Of a DNA stretch of 47,186 nucleotides, positions 36,577 through 45,514 are shown piece by piece. This stretch comes from Candidatus Saccharimonadota bacterium. Lineage in GTDB: Bacteria > Patescibacteriota > Saccharimonadia > CAILAD01 > BJGX01. The stretch lies in contig JAXLZU010000001.1 of NCBI GenBank assembly GCA_046350735.1, forward strand, positions 750,462-797,647, read 5' to 3'. The number at the start of each line of letters is the position of its first letter. The first letter of the stretch is position 1. The notes beneath the pieces are model-generated. The model was not told where the DNA came from. It did no database searches and was given only the letters and a program-made list of their open reading frames with translations. The position numbers and the translations under genes are program-made.

Positions 36577-36625
36577 AAAAACACCCCAACTGGGGTGTTT
36601 TCGCTAGATATATAGTTACTCTAGA

Positions 36626-37693
36626 TTAATTAGGGAAAAAGTACTGAACAATATGAGCCTTAGCTCGCTGGTCGCGCAACCAAGAGTCTAGATCGATTCC
36701 TTTAATAAGAATGTGGCTGGCACGAATTTGATCACCCTGCTTGTCGGTAACCTTGATGATATGGTAACCATACTGGGTCTTAACAATACCGCTGGTTTGT
36801 CCTGGCTGAAGCGCAAAAGCAGCAGCTTCAAAGTCTGGGTCTAGCTGACCCTTGCTAAATAGCCCTAGGTCTCCACCATTGGCGGCACTACCATCTTGGC
36901 TGTACTGCTTGGCAAGAGTAGCAAAATCGGCTCCACCCTGTATTTGTTTAAGAATATCTTCGGCCTGGGCCTTAGCAGGAGCATTGAGACTCTCGTCGGT
37001 TGTAATCTTGTTACCTACTTTTTGTTGCAAGAGACTGTCACGAATTTTTTGCTTAAAGTCGTCTACCGACCAGCCATAGAGCTTATCGAGTGTAGCTTTT
37101 ACCTTATCGAGCCCACCAGCATTCTGTACTAGCTGATTAAACTGATCATCAACCTCTTTGTTAGTAACGGTAATGCCCATTTGTTTGGCTTGTTGCTGTA
37201 TAAGAAGGTTGTTTTCGAGCTGAGTAATAAGGTCGTTCTTCAGCTGTGCAAGCTTGGCCTTGCCTTCAGCACTGGTAAGATCTTGGTTCTGGCTTTGATA
37301 AAACTTTTCTATAGATGCAAGCTCGAAGAGATAATCATTATAAGTAACAGTATTGTATAAAATATTGCCATTTACAGAAGCTACTGGGTAAGGAATGACC
37401 CGACTAGCAATCTTTACCGCACGATTACTCATCTTATATCGATAAATAAGCACACCAAATGTTGTAATAGTTACAATTAAAGCTACTAGGGCTCCGATAC
37501 CTACAATTCGCAGAGTCTTCTTGTTCTTTTCGGGATCTATATTAAGCTTTTTTAGTTTTTCCTGAAAAGATACGTTCTTTGTACCCCTCTGGTCTTTGGT
37601 TGTCTTGCTTGCTTTTGCTGGTCTAGCTTTCTTTACAGAAGGCTTTTTTGCCGCTGCTTTCTTGGATGTTTTAATGTCGGGATCTTTAGCCAT
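36626..37693 (-). CDS. prsA: PrsA/SurA-like parvulin peptidyl-prolyl isomerase
   Basis: N-terminal TM helix; DFATLAKQYSQD.SAANGGDLG, FEAAAFAL, TQYGYHIIKV. AAGGAGA SD; terminator at 36575-36601. Confidence 0.9.
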   Translation of the reverse strand: MAKDPDIKTSKKAAAKKPSVKKARPAKASKTTKDQRGTKNVSFQEKLKKLNIDPEKNKKTLRIVGIGALVALIVTITTFGVLIYRYKMSNRAVKIASRVIPYPVASVNGNILYNTVTYNDYLFELASIEKFYQSQNQDLTSAEGKAKLAQLKNDLITQLENNLLIQQQAKQMGITVTNKEVDDQFNQLVQNAGGLDKVKATLDKLYGWSVDDFKQKIRDSLLQQKVGNKITTDESLNAPAKAQAEDILKQIQGGADFATLAKQYSQDGSAANGGDLGLFSKGQLDPDFEAAAFALQPGQTSGIVKTQYGYHIIKVTDKQGDQIRASHILIKGIDLDSWLRDQRAKAHIVQYFFPN

Positions 37694-37772
37694 GTATTCT
37701 TTATCTCCTTATATAAAAACCTGTCTTATCCATAATACCAGAGTAATCTAGAATTCTCTAGCTTAAGCTCTC

Positions 37773-38315
37773 TTAGCTATTCTCTATACGACTTACTTTA
37801 GAAATACTCTGAGCAAATTCAGCTGGGCCATGAATAAAACGTAGTCGCAGAGGTTTTCCACCCGAGAGAGTCTCGATAGTAACTGTACCAAAGCCAAATA
37901 ATGCCGCCTGAAACCCAGCAACTTTATAGTTAACATTTTGAATATTATTAAGTGTTAGATCGTTAACCTCACGACTAAAGAAGCCATGCTGACTAACAAT
38001 TAGTATCCGTTGATTGGTTAGTACATATACGGTATAGAACCAGCCTACCCAAGCACGAAGCCAAAACCAGAACAAGAATAGTAACCAAGCCGTCATCCAC
38101 CAGTATGTGTAGCTTATCCAATCGTAGCTATTGTAGGTGGCTATTGCCCAGGGTAAAAGCGAGACCGGCATAATAACTAGACCAAAAATAAGTGGTCTGC
38201 GCATTACAATTGGATACTGGCGCTCGACTAATAAGACCTTTTCGCCATCTTCTTGCCCGGCAAAGCTTTTCTTCGCCTTGGCTTTAGATCTATCGCGCTT
38301 GCTGCGTTTTAACAT
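37773..38315 (-). CDS. Membrane protein with bacterial PH domain (bPH_2-like)
   Basis: Two TM helices, then YVLTNQRIL...GFFSRE...IQNV...FGFGTVTIET. The likely start is MLKRSK at 38315. Confidence 0.85.
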   Translation of the reverse strand: MLKRSKRDRSKAKAKKSFAGQEDGEKVLLVERQYPIVMRRPLIFGLVIMPVSLLPWAIATYNSYDWISYTYWWMTAWLLFLFWFWLRAWVGWFYTVYVLTNQRILIVSQHGFFSREVNDLTLNNIQNVNYKVAGFQAALFGFGTVTIETLSGGKPLRLRFIHGPAEFAQSISKVSRIENS

Positions 38316-38366
38316 AGCTACATTGTACACCAAGAAAGCGTAAGAATAAAAAATCCGTCTGATAGT

Positions 38367-38747
38367 TCAGACGGATGAAGGTACACATTCACACAATACT
38401 TCATATGATGTTTTTACAGGCTTAGGTAAAAGATTAAATAACCGCAGTGCTTCGTAGTATTCCTGCCGAGAAGGAAACACATCATCAGCTTGTAGTGGAG
38501 TTTCGTGGCCATCTTGAAAGAAATTAACCAACATTGCAGGGTTCCAGGGAATCCAGCTGTAATTACCACCTTGCTTATTTAGACTGCTCTTAACAATAAT
38601 ACAGAGTCGCTTCTGAGCGCGCTCATCACCAGCAAGAGCGGCCTCTACAATAGTTTTGGCTAAACGAATTCTGGTGGTTTCACGATGTCCTAAGCAAACT
38701 TCTACAACTACATTGTGTGTACGAATCTCGCTAAGAGATCGGTCCAT
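38367..38747 (-). CDS. Hypothetical 126-aa protein
   Basis: Own promoter TTGACA-17-TAATAT near 38790-38817; divergent from tRNA-Arg. Confidence 0.6.
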   Translation of the reverse strand: MDRSLSEIRTHNVVVEVCLGHRETTRIRLAKTIVEAALAGDERAQKRLCIIVKSSLNKQGGNYSWIPWNPAMLVNFFQDGHETPLQADDVFPSRQEYYEALRLFNLLPKPVKTSYEVLCECVPSSV

Positions 38748-38848
38748 AATGAGCCTGCCTTGCTGTAAGAGGTGCGATTGCAGATACTATATTATAATTA
38801 TATCTGTTAGTTGTCAATTATTGATTTAGGGGTTACAATAGCTAAAAT

Positions 38849-38924
38849 GCCCTGGTAGCTCAGTGGATAGAGCGTCTCCGTCCTAAGGAGAGCGTCGGGG
38901 GTTCGATTCCCTCCCAGGGTACCA
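38849..38924 (+). tRNA. tRNA-Arg(CCT)
   Basis: GCCCTGGTAGCTCAGTGG...TCTCC-GTCCTAA-GGAGA...GTTCGATT...CCAGGGTACCA. Confidence 0.97.
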
Positions 38925-38984
38925 TTATTGTAATTATTTTATTTTTATAGTATAATTTGTCGGTCCATCTCCATAGATAAGGAT

Positions 38985-39638
38985 GTGATGCAAATGAATT
39001 CGACTTTGAATCATGCCTTGATGTCGCCAAGAGGAAATAATTTTTTTGAGTTTAATTGTCGGGCTTTTCGGCTCTGCCCCGCTAACGTAAAGGACATGTT
39101 GATTCTCGATGTTGGGGCTAGTAATCTTTCGCTATTTGGCAGGAATGCGGCCCTTCGGGGTGCGAGAGTTGTTGGTATGGATCCAACCTATAAAGATGTA
39201 CTGGTAGACCCTGATATTGCTATTGTTAATATAGAGATTAGTGTTGGTGCAGAAGAATATGATATTCCTACTCGAGAACTACCACCACTCAGCATGAATA
39301 TTGCTGCACTTGGTCAGTCTATTCCTATGCCAGATAATACGTTCGATATGGTGGTATCTTTTGCCTGTGTTGAGTACCTCCCCATAGAAGACTACGAAAT
39401 AACGTTGCGAGAGATGTTGCGGGTAGTAAAGCCTGGCGGTACTATCAGGCTTGCAACTGTTGGCCAAAACGATGAAGTACATCATTTTGGCTACTATAGT
39501 TATAGTTACAGGTATGTAGCGGCAGAATTTGAGAGAGCTCTTGAAAACCTAGAAGCAACAATTGAGTTTCACTTCTTCGATTTTCCAGAAGTTGGTAACT
39601 ATGGTCAACGTGGGGTTATCATTACAAAGCCAATCTAA
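38985..39638 (+). CDS. Class I SAM-dependent methyltransferase (Methyltransf_11-like)
   Basis: ILDVGAS, VVGMDP, PMPDNTFDMVVS, EMLRVVKPGG. Promoter TTGTAA-17-TATAAT (38928-38956); terminator at 39626-39653. Confidence 0.88.
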   Translation: MMQMNSTLNHALMSPRGNNFFEFNCRAFRLCPANVKDMLILDVGASNLSLFGRNAALRGARVVGMDPTYKDVLVDPDIAIVNIEISVGAEEYDIPTRELPPLSMNIAALGQSIPMPDNTFDMVVSFACVEYLPIEDYEITLREMLRVVKPGGTIRLATVGQNDEVHHFGYYSYSYRYVAAEFERALENLEATIEFHFFDFPEVGNYGQRGVIITKPI

Positions 39639-39689
39639 CGGGTTGGCTTTTTTATTTGCAAACTATAATAGTAATTGCTATTCTAAACG

Positions 39690-40078
39690 TATCTAGCCCA
39701 ACCCCTGGCTAGCGATGCACAGTAGGAGGATCTATCCTTGACAACACAACTCAGGTCGTCAAGAAGAGCCAACAACAAGCAGCCTGCTGGTTTTGCCAGT
39801 AGACAGCAAAGTCGTAAACGTCGCGCGCGATTCGCCCACCGTGGTGAACGACCTAGCGGACGTCGGCGCGACCCTGGTACAATTGCGATGGCTGAAGCCG
39901 AACCAATTGTGCTTGCGCAGCGTCGTTTGGCTCTTCAGTACTGATCTGAGTTTGCCCCAAGATGTTTTTCTAGTCGCCAACTAAACAAGTCTGGAGACCA
40001 AATGGAAAGCGGTTAGATAAAAGCAACGTCAGTACTTCCCGCTCATAGTGTAGTAATACATTCTGAGCGGGTTTTTTT
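39690..40078 (+). ncRNA. Candidate structured RNA or structured mRNA of unknown family
   Basis: GC-rich unit between a TTGCAA-17-TATTCT promoter and a cccgctca/tgagcggg-T7 terminator, with at least seven nested helices found by eye. Confidence 0.45.
39738..39944 (+). CDS. Arg-rich 68-aa small ORF
   Basis: AGGAGG SD at 39724-39729 and a TTG start; strongly basic. It could be incidental to an RNA gene. Confidence 0.45.
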   Translation: MTTQLRSSRRANNKQPAGFASRQQSRKRRARFAHRGERPSGRRRDPGTIAMAEAEPIVLAQRRLALQY

Positions 40079-40081
40079 GTA

Positions 40082-40666
40082 TTACTGGGTCATGTGTTTG
40101 TAGTGTATTGTTTCGTAGTCAAATAATTCTTCTGGGTTAAACCACAACTCTACTTCTAGCTTGGCTTCTTCTGGGTTTCCTGATGCGTGTACTAGATTAC
40201 GAATTGGTCGATTAGCCGTATTGGCATAGCCAGATGAGTCGAACGAGTAGTCTCCTCGAATTGTACCAGGATCGGCCTTTGAAGGTAGAGTAAACCCACA
40301 AATCTTTCGTACAACTTCAATGGCATGTGGACCTTCTAACACCAATACCATTACTGGGCTAGAAGTTAGAAAATCTACCAACCATCCCTGTAACATCAAC
40401 CCTATCTCTTTAGGATCATCTGTTCCTAGTTGTTCTTTAGCACTTAGACCTTGCTCTTTGTAATTATCGAGTGTTTTATTGGCCATACCCAAGATAAACT
40501 CTTCTCTATCTTTAGGATAATGTTTGTCAGCCAATGCTTTGTCTACTTGTACCATCTTAGCACCCACTAACTTTAGTCCAACTTTTTCAAACCGACCAAT
40601 TATTTCACCTACCAAGCTACGCTGCATAGCATCGGGTTTGATTATCACTAAGGTTTTTTCTATCAT
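40082..40666 (-). CDS. ndk: Nucleoside diphosphate kinase
   Basis: EKTLVIIKPD, GEIIGRFE, PGTIRGD, RNLVHASG (catalytic His). Confidence 0.96.
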   Translation of the reverse strand: MIEKTLVIIKPDAMQRSLVGEIIGRFEKVGLKLVGAKMVQVDKALADKHYPKDREEFILGMANKTLDNYKEQGLSAKEQLGTDDPKEIGLMLQGWLVDFLTSSPVMVLVLEGPHAIEVVRKICGFTLPSKADPGTIRGDYSFDSSGYANTANRPIRNLVHASGNPEEAKLEVELWFNPEELFDYETIHYKHMTQ

Positions 40667-40671
40667 CTCTA

Positions 40672-41940
40672 TTATTCCTCCATTAATTTTTCAAATTTAT
40701 CTTTGTCATCATAGGGGCCAATTATAGCTAGCCGCAAATCATCCATCTGTAGATATCGATGAGCCGCAGCCAGTACTGCACTCGGTGTAACCGCATCAAT
40801 TTCTGCTAGTGTTTCGGCTAACGAATGAATTCTGCCCGTTAAAAGCAGTTGGCTACCTAGTAAATCTGCCATAGCGGCATTACCCTCCAACCCCATAATA
40901 TACCTTCCTCTTAGCTGCTCTTTGGCCTTGGCAAGCTCTTTTTCTTCTACCTCAGTTGTTTGCACTCGTTTTAACTCATCACGAATTGCCCGAATAGCCT
41001 GGCTCACTTTCTCGTGATTTACTCCTGCATAAATTTCAAATTTACCACTATCACTAAAGCCAGTAGTACTCATATATATTGAGTATGCCAAGCCCTTTTG
41101 CTCGCGAACATTCAAAAATAGTCGCGAGCTCATACCAGATCCGAGCAATGTAGAAAGTACCTTCATCGGCATCTCATCGGCGGCATTGAGATAGGGTGCT
41201 CTACCGCAAACTACCAGATGAGCTTGGTTACTATCTTCATTATGTATATGTACTCGATGTTTTGAGAGGCCACCTTTTACGGGTGCAAACATCCTTGTTG
41301 TTCTATGGTGAATTTTCTGTAATAATCCTTTGGCTAACTCTACAACTTGACGGTGAGTTACATTGCCAGCAACAGATATAACAATATTATTCATGCCATA
41401 CATTTGCTCAAAGTAACTTTTAATAGTTTCTCTATCCATCGAACCAATTATGTGTTCATTACCAATCACGTTAGTTCGTAAGGTACTTTCTGGCCACAAA
41501 AGATCGCCAACAAAGTCATATACATAACGAGCCGGATCGTCTTTAAAAACCTTTATCTCTTCGAGAATTACCTTACGTTCTCTATCTATCTCATCTTGCT
41601 CGAGCAGTGGGTCGGTAATAATATCTGACAAAATATTAAAGGCTAAACCAAAGTAGTTTTTTGGTAATTTAATATAGTAACTGGTGTGGTCTTCGCTCGT
41701 ATAGGCATTCATATAGCCGCCTACCGAATCTATCTCTTCTGAGATAATCTGAGCTTTTGGCCGCTTGTGAGTGCCCTTAAAGAGCAAATGTTCGAGAAAA
41801 TGCGAAGCACCATATTCTTTTTGCATATCCTCATAGCGGCCGCCGGCTCCTACGAAGAAATTAACGGTAACACTCTCAGTATCTGACATGGTCTTGGTGA
41901 CTATTTTTAAGCCATTCGCCAGCTGCGTTATCTCATGCAT
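40672..41940 (-). CDS. M16 family zinc peptidase
   Basis: HFLEH inverted zincin motif, NAYTS, GMSSRLF..VREQKGLAY. The likely start is MHEIT at 41940. Confidence 0.93.
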   Translation of the reverse strand: MHEITQLANGLKIVTKTMSDTESVTVNFFVGAGGRYEDMQKEYGASHFLEHLLFKGTHKRPKAQIISEEIDSVGGYMNAYTSEDHTSYYIKLPKNYFGLAFNILSDIITDPLLEQDEIDRERKVILEEIKVFKDDPARYVYDFVGDLLWPESTLRTNVIGNEHIIGSMDRETIKSYFEQMYGMNNIVISVAGNVTHRQVVELAKGLLQKIHHRTTRMFAPVKGGLSKHRVHIHNEDSNQAHLVVCGRAPYLNAADEMPMKVLSTLLGSGMSSRLFLNVREQKGLAYSIYMSTTGFSDSGKFEIYAGVNHEKVSQAIRAIRDELKRVQTTEVEEKELAKAKEQLRGRYIMGLEGNAAMADLLGSQLLLTGRIHSLAETLAEIDAVTPSAVLAAAHRYLQMDDLRLAIIGPYDDKDKFEKLMEE

Positions 41941-42595
41941 TATGTTTGCCTTGTTTTTTGCGAGAACGGCGTACATTCTTTACTCCAGCGATAATTTGTG
42001 CGCGTCGTTCTTGGTCTTTTAGTAAGTGGAATAAGCTGGGGATTACCGAGAGTAAGACAATAATAATAATTGCCGGTATTAAATACTTATCAACATCTGG
42101 GATAACCGATCCTAAAAAGTATCCCAATAACGTAATCCCGACTGCCCAAATAAAAGCACCCATTACGTTAAAGAATAAAAATCTTTTGTATTTCATTTTT
42201 CCAGCACCAGCTACTATAGGTGCAAATGTACGCACTACAGGTATAAAACGAGCAAATATTATTGCTTTACCACCATGCTTCTCATAAAAACTCATCGCTT
42301 TATCTATATGGTTTTTATTAAACAGTAATGAGTCTTCTTTTTTGAATATTCTTGGACCAGCCGTTTTACCGAATTGATATCCTGCATTATCACCTGCAAT
42401 AGCAGCAATAAATGTAACCAGACATAAAAGAGCAATATTAAAAAACCCTTGGCTCGCCAAGAATCCTGCAGTAAACAATAAGCTGTCTCCTGGTAAGAAA
42501 AAACCTACCAATAACCCAGATTCTGCAAATACAATTGCAAAAATGCCAACATATCCAATAGTTCTAATTAAATTGTCTAGTTCTAGCCCAAACAT
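41933..42595 (-). CDS. DedA/VTT-domain membrane protein
   Basis: AESGLLVGFFLPGDSLLF, ARFIPVVRTFAP..AG. Confidence 0.93.
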   Translation of the reverse strand: MFGLELDNLIRTIGYVGIFAIVFAESGLLVGFFLPGDSLLFTAGFLASQGFFNIALLCLVTFIAAIAGDNAGYQFGKTAGPRIFKKEDSLLFNKNHIDKAMSFYEKHGGKAIIFARFIPVVRTFAPIVAGAGKMKYKRFLFFNVMGAFIWAVGITLLGYFLGSVIPDVDKYLIPAIIIIVLLSVIPSLFHLLKDQERRAQIIAGVKNVRRSRKKQGKHNA

Positions 42596-42664
42596 CGTCA
42601 GTACATTATATCAGGTAGTGACTAGCTTTTAAAAGAGGGGTTAATCAGTAAAACTCGCTTAGTG

Positions 42665-44512
42665 CTAGCTATTTCTCTGTAGGGCATAGGTATGAATTAA
42701 TACTAACTGCATATCAGCAGGAGTAATACCTTGCACCAACAGTGCCTGGGCTACTGTTTCTGGTCTAATCTGACCAAGTCGAGCTTTGGCTTCATTGCGC
42801 AGACCAGTTATCTTCTGATAATCGAGCTGAGGTGGAAGTTTTTGCTTTGCTTTAGTCTGGAGTTGTTTGGCACTACGTTTTTGTCGCTCGAAATACCCAC
42901 CATACTTAATAAGTAGCTCTACATTATCTGCGTACTCACTCGGCGGAATTACACCATAATCTTGTATATCAGATAGGCTATTTTCTGGTCTGGCCAAAAA
43001 TTCAGCTGCCGAAATAGTTTGGCCTGGCAATTTTATCTTGGTTTTTCTCAAGCGAGCAATCTCGTTTGCAATAATATCTTCTTTCTTTATCACCTCTTCA
43101 TAACGCTGCTTTGCAACCAAACCTAACTCATACCCCTTTTTACTTAGGCGTGTGTCGGCATTATCATTACGTAAGAGTAGCCTATACTCGGCGCGAGAAG
43201 TAAACATTCTATACGGCTCCACATGCGTCTTGGTAACCAAGTCTTCAATTAATACACCTATATAAGCTTCCGATCTACTTAAAACAAATTCTGGTTTATT
43301 CAAAGCCTGTAAAGCAGCATTAATTCCAGCCATTAGGCCCTGCGCGGCTGCTTCTTCATATCCGGTAGTACCATTCATTTGGCCAGCAAAGTACAAACCA
43401 CTCACTTTTTTGGCTTCTAGGGTGGTTTTTAGCTGGTGAGGCAAGAAATAGTCATACCGGACTGCATAGCCATACTCTAAGAACTCAGCCTTCTCCAATC
43501 CTTTAATACTGCGGATTATTTTGCGCTGCCAATATGGAGAAAAAGCAGTACTACAGCCTTGCAAATACATTCGCTCCCCATCTTCACCACCTTCTCTACC
43601 AACTGGCTCGATAAAGATAGGGTGTCTTTCTTTGTTAGGAAAGTTTTTCACCTTTAAGTCTAAACTTGGGCAACTACGTGGGCCAGTTTCTGTAATAAGA
43701 CCAGATATGTTTCCCGAACGATGATAATTGTCTAATATCAATCTATGTGTAGTCTCGTTAGTATATGTTAGCCAACACAGTTCTTGTTGTTCTAGTGGTA
43801 TTAGCTCTTTATCTGGGTGAGAAAAACTGATTTTTCCGGACATTCCCGGTGCTTCTTCGAGCTTAGTGTAGTCAATACTACTACGTTTTATACGCATCGG
43901 TGTGCCGGTTTTTAGTCTACCTTTTTCTAAACCTAGACTAGTTAACGATTTAGAAAGTAAGTCAGAAGAAGTTTCGTCCATTCGGCCACCCTTCTTAATA
44001 ACTTTGGGCCCTAAGATAATTTCTCCATTGAGAAATGTACCAGAACAAATAATTACTGTCTTAGCTGCTATATTACTGTGTTCTTTTGTACCAACACCAG
44101 TTATTTTTTTCGTCGTTGTTGTAACTTCTACAACTTCATCTTGAATTAGATCGAGATTTTTAACAGCCAAAAGCTCTGCCTTCATATTCTTGTTGTATAA
44201 GCCACGATCTAGTTGTGCACGATACGCACGCACAGCAGGACCCTTAGATGTGTTCAATTCTTTTATCTGAATTGCCGAGGCATCAGCAACCCTTGCCATT
44301 ACCCCGCCTAGGGCATCTATCTCGCGTACTAAATGGCCTTTACCTGGCCCGCCAACAGAAGGGTTGCATGGCAAAGCCGCCACTTTATCTAGATTAGCAG
44401 TAATAAGAGCTGTCTTAGCACCTAGACGAGCACTGACAATTGCAGCCTCACAGCCAGCATGGCCAGCACCCACAACAACTACGTCATATTTTTTTGATCG
44501 TGTCGCTTTCAT
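42665..44512 (-). CDS. mnmG: tRNA uridine-5-carboxymethylaminomethyl modification enzyme MnmG/GidA
   Basis: [70 protein letters not shown]. Confidence 0.97.
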   Translation of the reverse strand: MKATRSKKYDVVVVGAGHAGCEAAIVSARLGAKTALITANLDKVAALPCNPSVGGPGKGHLVREIDALGGVMARVADASAIQIKELNTSKGPAVRAYRAQLDRGLYNKNMKAELLAVKNLDLIQDEVVEVTTTTKKITGVGTKEHSNIAAKTVIICSGTFLNGEIILGPKVIKKGGRMDETSSDLLSKSLTSLGLEKGRLKTGTPMRIKRSSIDYTKLEEAPGMSGKISFSHPDKELIPLEQQELCWLTYTNETTHRLILDNYHRSGNISGLITETGPRSCPSLDLKVKNFPNKERHPIFIEPVGREGGEDGERMYLQGCSTAFSPYWQRKIIRSIKGLEKAEFLEYGYAVRYDYFLPHQLKTTLEAKKVSGLYFAGQMNGTTGYEEAAAQGLMAGINAALQALNKPEFVLSRSEAYIGVLIEDLVTKTHVEPYRMFTSRAEYRLLLRNDNADTRLSKKGYELGLVAKQRYEEVIKKEDIIANEIARLRKTKIKLPGQTISAAEFLARPENSLSDIQDYGVIPPSEYADNVELLIKYGGYFERQKRSAKQLQTKAKQKLPPQLDYQKITGLRNEAKARLGQIRPETVAQALLVQGITPADMQLVLIHTYALQRNS

Positions 44513-44583
44513 ATTCGAGTTGAATTATACCAAGAAAACAATGAATTTTCCAGATATACAAGCAATTTGCAAATATCGCGTCG

Positions 44584-44611
44584 CACAATCATAATTATAC
44601 TTATGTTTAGC
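44584..44611 (+). promoter_or_regulatory. dif-like 28-bp site overlapping the xer start codon
   Basis: CACAATCATAA-TTATAC-TTATGTTTAGC has the 11-6-11 layout with a CATAA-N6-TTATG core. Confidence 0.4.
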
Positions 44612-45514
44612 GAATACATGAGCGACTTTTTAGAATATTTAGAAGTAGAGCGCGGTAGAAGTCTTAAAACTATCGAAAACTACTCTCTTTATCTAAATAG
44701 ATTCTTAGAATTTAGTAATGACATCAAAGTAAGTAAGATTAGTAGTCAAACAATTAGTAAATGGCGGCAGTGGCTTAATAGATATAAAACCGAAGATGGA
44801 CGCAAAATCGGCCCAGCAACCCAGAATTATCATCTTATAGCTATGCGTAGCTTCTTAAAATACCTTGCACGTCGAGATATAGATAGCTTGGCACCAGAAA
44901 AGATAGAGCTAGCTACTAGTGCCAGACCCAAAGTAGAATTCTTGTCTCAAGAAGAAGTTATCCGGCTCATTGAAGCCGTAGATACCAAGACAAATATTGG
45001 CCTGCGAGATAGAGCAATATTAGAGCTGCTCTTCTCTACCGGTTTACGCGTTAGTGAGTTGGCAGCCCTAAACGTTTCTGATGTAGATGTTAAAAATGGT
45101 GAGTTTGCTGTGCGCGGTAAAGGTCAAAAAGACCGGCCAGTCTATGTGTCAGAAGCAGCTATTGCATCGCTTCAACGCTACCTAGTCACCCGCAAAGATG
45201 ACTTTACCCCACTCTTCTTGCATTTTAGGGGTAGTCAGTCAGATTTTAATGGCGGTGAATACACACGTCTCTCTGTGCGTTCTATACAGCGACTTGTAGA
45301 ACGTTACGCCAAAAAGGCCGGCATTGCCAAGCATGTTACTCCGCACACCCTGCGACACAGCTTTGCTACCGATCTTTTAACAAATGGTGCCGACTTACGC
45401 AGTGTACAGAGCTTACTCGGGCATGCGAATATCCAAACTACTCAGGTTTATACGCATGTTACTGACCCTCGCTTACGAGAGGTTCATAACAAATATCATT
45501 CTGGTAATCAATAA
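44603..45514 (+). CDS. Tyrosine recombinase XerC/XerD family
   Basis: Catalytic set STGLRVSE, GKG, HTLRHSFATDLL, LLGH, TQVY; N-terminal SAM-like domain. The likely start is MFSEY at 44603. Confidence 0.93.
   Translation: MFSEYMSDFLEYLEVERGRSLKTIENYSLYLNRFLEFSNDIKVSKISSQTISKWRQWLNRYKTEDGRKIGPATQNYHLIAMRSFLKYLARRDIDSLAPEKIELATSARPKVEFLSQEEVIRLIEAVDTKTNIGLRDRAILELLFSTGLRVSELAALNVSDVDVKNGEFAVRGKGQKDRPVYVSEAAIASLQRYLVTRKDDFTPLFLHFRGSQSDFNGGEYTRLSVRSIQRLVERYAKKAGIAKHVTPHTLRHSFATDLLTNGADLRSVQSLLGHANIQTTQVYTHVTDPRLREVHNKYHSGNQ

Noticed and set aside
32600-36600. Intact prophage
   Set aside because: No integrase, terminase, capsid, tail or lysis genes and no att pair. A phage-derived remnant cannot be excluded.
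39768-39797. tmRNA, suggested by the tag-like peptide ANNKQPAGFA
   Set aside because: No stop codon follows it, and neither strand shows a tRNA-like domain (GGGG...TCGAC 5' end, T-arm, CCA).
44603-45514. Integron integrase with the tRNA-side islets as cassettes
   Set aside because: No IntI-specific insertion is recognisable, no attC repeats were seen, and the islets carry their own promoters.
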